A DNA stretch of 64,000 nucleotides from Mytilus californianus (Eukaryota): positions 1,612,001 to 1,676,000 of the forward strand of contig NW_026262667.1 in NCBI RefSeq assembly GCF_021869535.1. The letters are read 5' to 3'. The notes under the pieces were generated by a model. It made no database searches, was not told the DNA's origin, and saw only the letters and a list, made by a program, of their open reading frames with translations. Made by a program: the position numbers and the translations under genes. Each line of letters starts with the position of its first letter. Positions within the stretch are counted from its first letter, which is position 1. Positions 59,140 through 64,000 of this stretch are shown here, piece after piece.

Positions 59140-59540
59140 TTAGGGAGCTCCTGAAATTTGAAGACCCACATAGTTCTATCTCAGGTTATCCATAAATCAT
59201 TAAGGACCTCCTGAACAATATCAGGACCTCTATAATTTGATTTCAAGACTTCCACTTAAAATTGGCAAAATTGCTTTATTACAGTACATCCTTCAAAATT
59301 TCAGGATATCCTTAACATTTATGGAGCTTCATAAATTTATATTTCAGAACATCCACAATTCGATTTTAGGATATTCTTAAATGTATATTAAGGTGTACAA
59401 ATATTTCTGGACCTCCACAATTCCATTTCAGGACTTAAATCAAATTATTGAGGACTGAAATATTTCAGGAGATCCTCAATGATTTATGGTTATCCTGAAT
59501 TGGAATTATGGAAGTCATGTAATATTTCAGGACCTATTTT
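59140..59540. repeat. Degenerate minisatellite-like tract (…TTCAGGACCTCC…)
   Basis: Irregularly spaced CAGGA(C/T)CTCC/ATCC motifs. Confidence 0.45.
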
Positions 59541-61478
59541 TATATAAGTACAGTAATTGTGACAAAATCCATGCCTCATTACTAATTAAAAATCATTAGT
59601 GGCACTCGAATCAAAATAGCTGAAATGCCAAATCAGTGAAGTTTTAGAGCATTAATACCCCCAATGTTGTTACCAAATTTGGCTACAGCCACCTATCCCT
59701 GGGTGTAAAAAAAAGTGTTTGGAATTATTTAAACAGTTTATGAGCAGTAAATCTATAGAAATTAAATTCATCAATGCAATTTGTTATCATTCCAAGAATG
59801 CAAGTTTCCAATTAACATGTATATCACTTTGAGCTAAAAATCCAGTCATGATTTTAATTACAACATATTGTGAAACATTTGCTTAATCATTTACCCAGCA
59901 GTTTTGTAATTCATTGGACACAAAAAGAACAAATATTTTGTATCAATGCTGTCATCCATCTTATTTGGTTATGTTAGCATAAATAGAAATTACTGGAAGC
60001 TGATATGTTAAAAAGATTAATTCTATGTATGCAAATTTATTAATTGACCTATTGAAACTTATTTTGGAAAGGATGTTGGTTAGATGTTTGCTATTCTGGC
60101 CTCCAGTATATGCAACTTCAGGTCATCTTAAAGCATATGACTTTTTTAGTTTTGCATTACTGGTTCACATATCAAGCCAGAGTTGAATGCAAATGCTAGC
60201 CTTGAATGTAGATTCTGTGGAGTTCATATGGGGGCCATATAACTGATGTTCAACAAAATTATGTAGGACGAAGTGGGTACTCTGTGTCTGTGTAAATGTA
60301 CAAATCAAATCTTGATGCTCATTGGTCTACATCAAAACAATTTAATTGTGGAAGTGTACCTTTGAGAGAATGGCTATATGACATAAGATAAATATTTAAT
60401 AAAGGGAAGATACCACAGATCAATCAAGAACGAAGAAAGACTGACACAGCAGGTGCAAAAGGAACAGATAAAAAAATTTCACAGAAAACAACTCACTAAA
60501 CCACACCAAACTGTAAGAGGGATCAGTGATCTAGCATCACAAATGTATCTTGTATAACTCGAATGGTTTCTAAAGTATCAAGCACTTTCAATAATATTTT
60601 TAAGATGAATAAGGACATACAATCATATAACTTGTAACTTAAGTAATGAAGAATATAGGGGAAGTTAACAGCTCCCACAATGTATGTGACTGATCAATGT
60701 TTCATTCTTCAGTGGTTTATGGTACACTTGCAATGTGCAACCTACAATCATTTACTTAAGGATGTATCTAGAAGGTAAGTTTCTCTGCATCCTATCAAAA
60801 GTAGATTTCTCTGACATTTAACATCAAGTTACAGTCATGTTAGTTTAAAAGTTTATTATCTTATTAAACCAATAATACTACATGTAAGTGAACCTGCAAT
60901 CCTATAATCTTGTCAAAAGATGCATAAAGTGCATATAACAATCTACTCTTACTTGTGCTCCTACAACTGTCAAGGGACTTGTGAAAATGTGATAAAGCAG
61001 GATTAACTCATATTAAGGAAAGTCTTGGTTAAGCTATGCTCTTTTACTTTGTCTCAGTTATGTTTTCTCTACTATGTATACTACAATATCACACACCGTT
61101 ATAATTCTTTGTCCTCTGGTTGGGAGACATAGAAATACTTAGTGTTTGCCCAGTCTTGTAATCACTCTCGCGACTACACTTTTTGTCGGATTTTTATGAA
61201 ATCTCTATTGTAAATGATTTGGGAAATGTATTGTAAGCGCTCCCATGCCTTTACTTCTTTTATTTATATCAAAGGTTTATCTATATAACAATTTCTCAGA
61301 AGAATTCGATTAACGGTACCGATTCATTATTTTTAAAGGAGTTATGCCACTTGGAAATGTAAATTCTAGAGAAATTTGCATTGTAAACGATTTAACACCA
61401 ACATTTCTCTTCGGACAGTTATGAACTTTATATCAAAGGTTTATGTTGGCATTTTTTTCAGATACGCAGCGCCAATTA

Positions 61479-61569
61479 CACAGGCACTTGTCTCAGAAAA
61501 AAATTTACCTATATACCTTAATATATATTAAGGTATATAGGGGAAAAAATTCTGAGACAAGTGCCTGTG
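61479..61569. mobile_element. 91-bp foldback mini-transposon with 8-bp TSD
   Basis: Perfect 20-bp TIR CACAGGCACTTGTCTCAGAA plus an inner perfect palindrome; TSD GCCAATTA at 61471-61478 and 61570-61577. Confidence 0.9.
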
Positions 61570-62281
61570 GCCAATTACCTTTTTGCAGTTTTAATTCCTT
61601 GACTTTTATGAACTTCAATTGATGGCAAAACTACAAAAACATCCACAACATAAGATAGAAATTTAACAATTACTGCATATATTCACAGTCTCTTTGTTAA
61701 CAATCCAGATTTCTCTAAAATTACACACACCGAGTGATCACAAGAACCGCCAAAAATACCACACAGTACAACAGACCATAAAATCCACCAACACCCGACG
61801 CCACCGATATAAGCCGAAATTCAGACTAAGACAAACAACAACAAGCAATACATGGACCAGATAGTCGGACTTGGTACAGGCTTACAAGTTACAATGTAGT
61901 GTATCTAAAGCAGTATTACGTGCACACAAACCTCCCCCTTAGCCTATGCGTGCTGTAAAACTTAAAACATCATAAAAACCTGCACAGTGCAGCTACCACT
62001 AGGAAGACCACTAACAACATATAACTGAAATTTATCCAACTCAAGTCACTCTTACTAAAACAAACGTACATTTTTATAGTGACTGTCGTTACTTTTATTG
62101 GGGTATATTGCATTCATTTTGTCCGTCGAACCGTAAACCAATTCGTTCGTCCGTTCAACAAATATTCTCAGTATTTCTAAACAAATGACTTCATATTTGA
62201 TTTGGTCAGCAGCTTGACAGTGACTTTTATGAGCAAACAAATATAGATTTCATGTTTGCAGATACTTTGAATATGTTGAAT

Positions 62282-62315
62282 CAGAGACATATATATACAT
62301 GTGTATATGTCTCTG
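62282..62315. other. CAGAGACATATA mini-palindrome (34 bp) with 7-bp TSD GTTGAAT
   Basis: Perfect 12-bp arms; TSD at 62275-62281 and 62316-62322. Confidence 0.88.
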
Positions 62316-62663
62316 GTTGAATCCACTTCAAAATTTTTGTCACACATCGTTATGTGAGTCTTATAATGTTCTATGTCCACTTTTGATAAAAACTGAGAAA
62401 GCTATTATTTGAGATCCAGGGGCAACGACTACGAGTTTTTGTCAGAATTGTATTGTGCTATCTCAACACTTCTCATTGAATTATAATAGTTAATGCATCT
62501 AGTTGGACACCGGAAGTTCAGAGAAACATATTGTTATACTGTTGTATCTCCTCTTTTTCAGATACTTTTGCTGAAAAAAAAAATATCAAAATTTTCTTAG
62601 TACCAATATGCTTATATTTTTTTGTTCAATGCAAAATTTGAACTCAGTCTATGAATTAGTGTC

Positions 62664-62752
62664 ACCAAATCAGGCATTGCAGAATTAGGGATGTTACAGA
62701 ATTCACAACCAAATCAGGCATTACAGAATTAGGGATGTTACAGAATTCACAA
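62664..62752. repeat. 44-bp tandem duplication (2 copies)
   Basis: ACCAAATCAGGCATT(G/A)CAGAATTAGGGATGTTACAGAATTCACA at 62664 and 62708. Confidence 0.9.
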
Positions 62753-62879
62753 ATCCATGGTCTATCTCTAATAGAACTATAGGGAATAGTTCTAAAAAAA
62801 AACCTAATATTTGTTTTTTAATGTTCTGTCTTAAGAAAAGGGCAATTTAATTAAAATTAAATCTCCGCACTTCGCTAAT

Positions 62880-63947
62880 TTTTTGTCGAGTCTGCGACTT
62901 CTGTCGCAGAAAGCTCGACATAGTGATAGTGATCCGGCGGCGGCGGCGTTAACTAACTTCTTAAAAGCTTAATATTTCAGAAGGTAGAAGACCTGAATGC
63001 TTCATACTTTGTATATAGATGCCTTATGATATGAAGTTTCCGTCTGTCATAGGTCCGTTGTCCTTGACCTCATTTTCATGGTTCAGTGACTACTTGAAAA
63101 AAAGTTCAGATTTTTTGTAATCTTCATTTCTCTCTTATTATGAGTAATATGATGACTAACTATATTTAGTATGTGCGTACCTTGCAAGGTCCTCATGCTT
63201 GTCAGACAGTTTTCACTTGACCTCGACCTCATTTCATGGATCAGTGAGCAAGGTTAAGTTTTCGTGGTCAAGTCAATACCTCAGATATTATAACCAATAG
63301 GTCTACTATATTTGGTGTATGTAATGATTGTAAGGTGTACATGTCCAACTGGCAGGTGTCATCTGACCTTGACATCATGTTCATGGTTCAAAGGTAAAAG
63401 TTAAGTTTTTGTGTTTTGGTCTGTTTTTCTAATATTATATACTGTATGCAATAGGTCAACTATATTTGATGTATGGAAATATTTTACGATGTACATGTCA
63501 GTCTGGCAGGTTTTATTTGACCTTGACCTCGTGTTCACGGTTCGTTGCTCAATGTTAAGTTTTTGTGTTTTGGTCTGTTTTTCTTAAACTTTAAGCAATT
63601 GGTCGACTATATTTGGCGTATGGAATGATTTTAAGGTGTACATTTCTGTCTGGCAGGATTCATCTGACCTTGATCTCATTTTCGTGGTTCATTGGTCAAT
63701 ATAAAAGTTCCATGGTTTGGTCTGTTTCTTTTATACTATAAGCAATAGGTCATCTATATTCGGTGTATGGAATGATTGTATTAAAGATGAACATGTATTT
63801 CTGGCTTGGTTTATCTGACCATGAACTCATTTTCTTGGATCATAAATGTTAATGTGATACGTGTAGTAAAACTTTATATTTAGGACTATCAACATAAAAT
63901 CAATGGTCAGTAATGCAGGCGAGATATTTTAGCGTGTGCACTCTTGA
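62880..63947 (-). mobile_element. Family B element, inverted
   Basis: Reverse complement of the 8540-10310 ends and cores. Confidence 0.78.
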
Positions 63948-64000
63948 TTTATTAGCGAATGCAGATATTTAATTTTAATTAGATTGGTGTTTTGTTAATG

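Noticed and set aside
61479-61500. CACAG terminus as a RAG/Transib RSS-like end
   Set aside because: The TSD is 8 bp rather than 5 bp, and there is no heptamer-spacer-nonamer.
62684-62735. TTAGGG as telomeric remnant
   Set aside because: Single hexamers within a 44-bp duplication, not a tandem telomere tract.

Overview
AT-rich, repeat-dense eukaryotic genomic DNA. The repeat families and intron structure suggest a bivalve, probably a mussel (inference). Two spliced genes, largely missed by the ORF track, were reconstructed by hand with phase-consistent GT-AG junctions. (1) A minus-strand gene (11 exons, 39710 down to 3466, 492 codons, continuing off the left end of the window) encodes a secreted protein. 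Its architecture is: signal peptide, LPMO-like domain with a putative copper histidine brace (His directly after the signal peptide), two EGF-like modules, a half DOMON, a Pro/Glu linker, and a complete DOMON with the Met/His heme ligands. This candidate monooxygenase-cytochrome fusion is the most interesting system in the window. (2) A plus-strand gene (5 exons, 52442-57478, 5' end unresolved) encodes an uncharacterised protein with a C-terminal ubiquitin-like fold. Mobile DNA includes a near-intact CR1/L2-type LINE (2A-like peptide, PHD, APE, RT; one 1-bp frameshift) and a decayed truncated relative. There is also an internally deleted hAT element with its MITE, Penelope and other LINE fragments, and many nested pearl/HINE-like elements. 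A 68-bp satellite shows higher-order structure, and four tiny CAGAGACATATA palindromes with 7-bp target-site duplications look like P-element excision footprints. No rRNA, tRNA or CRISPR features were seen.
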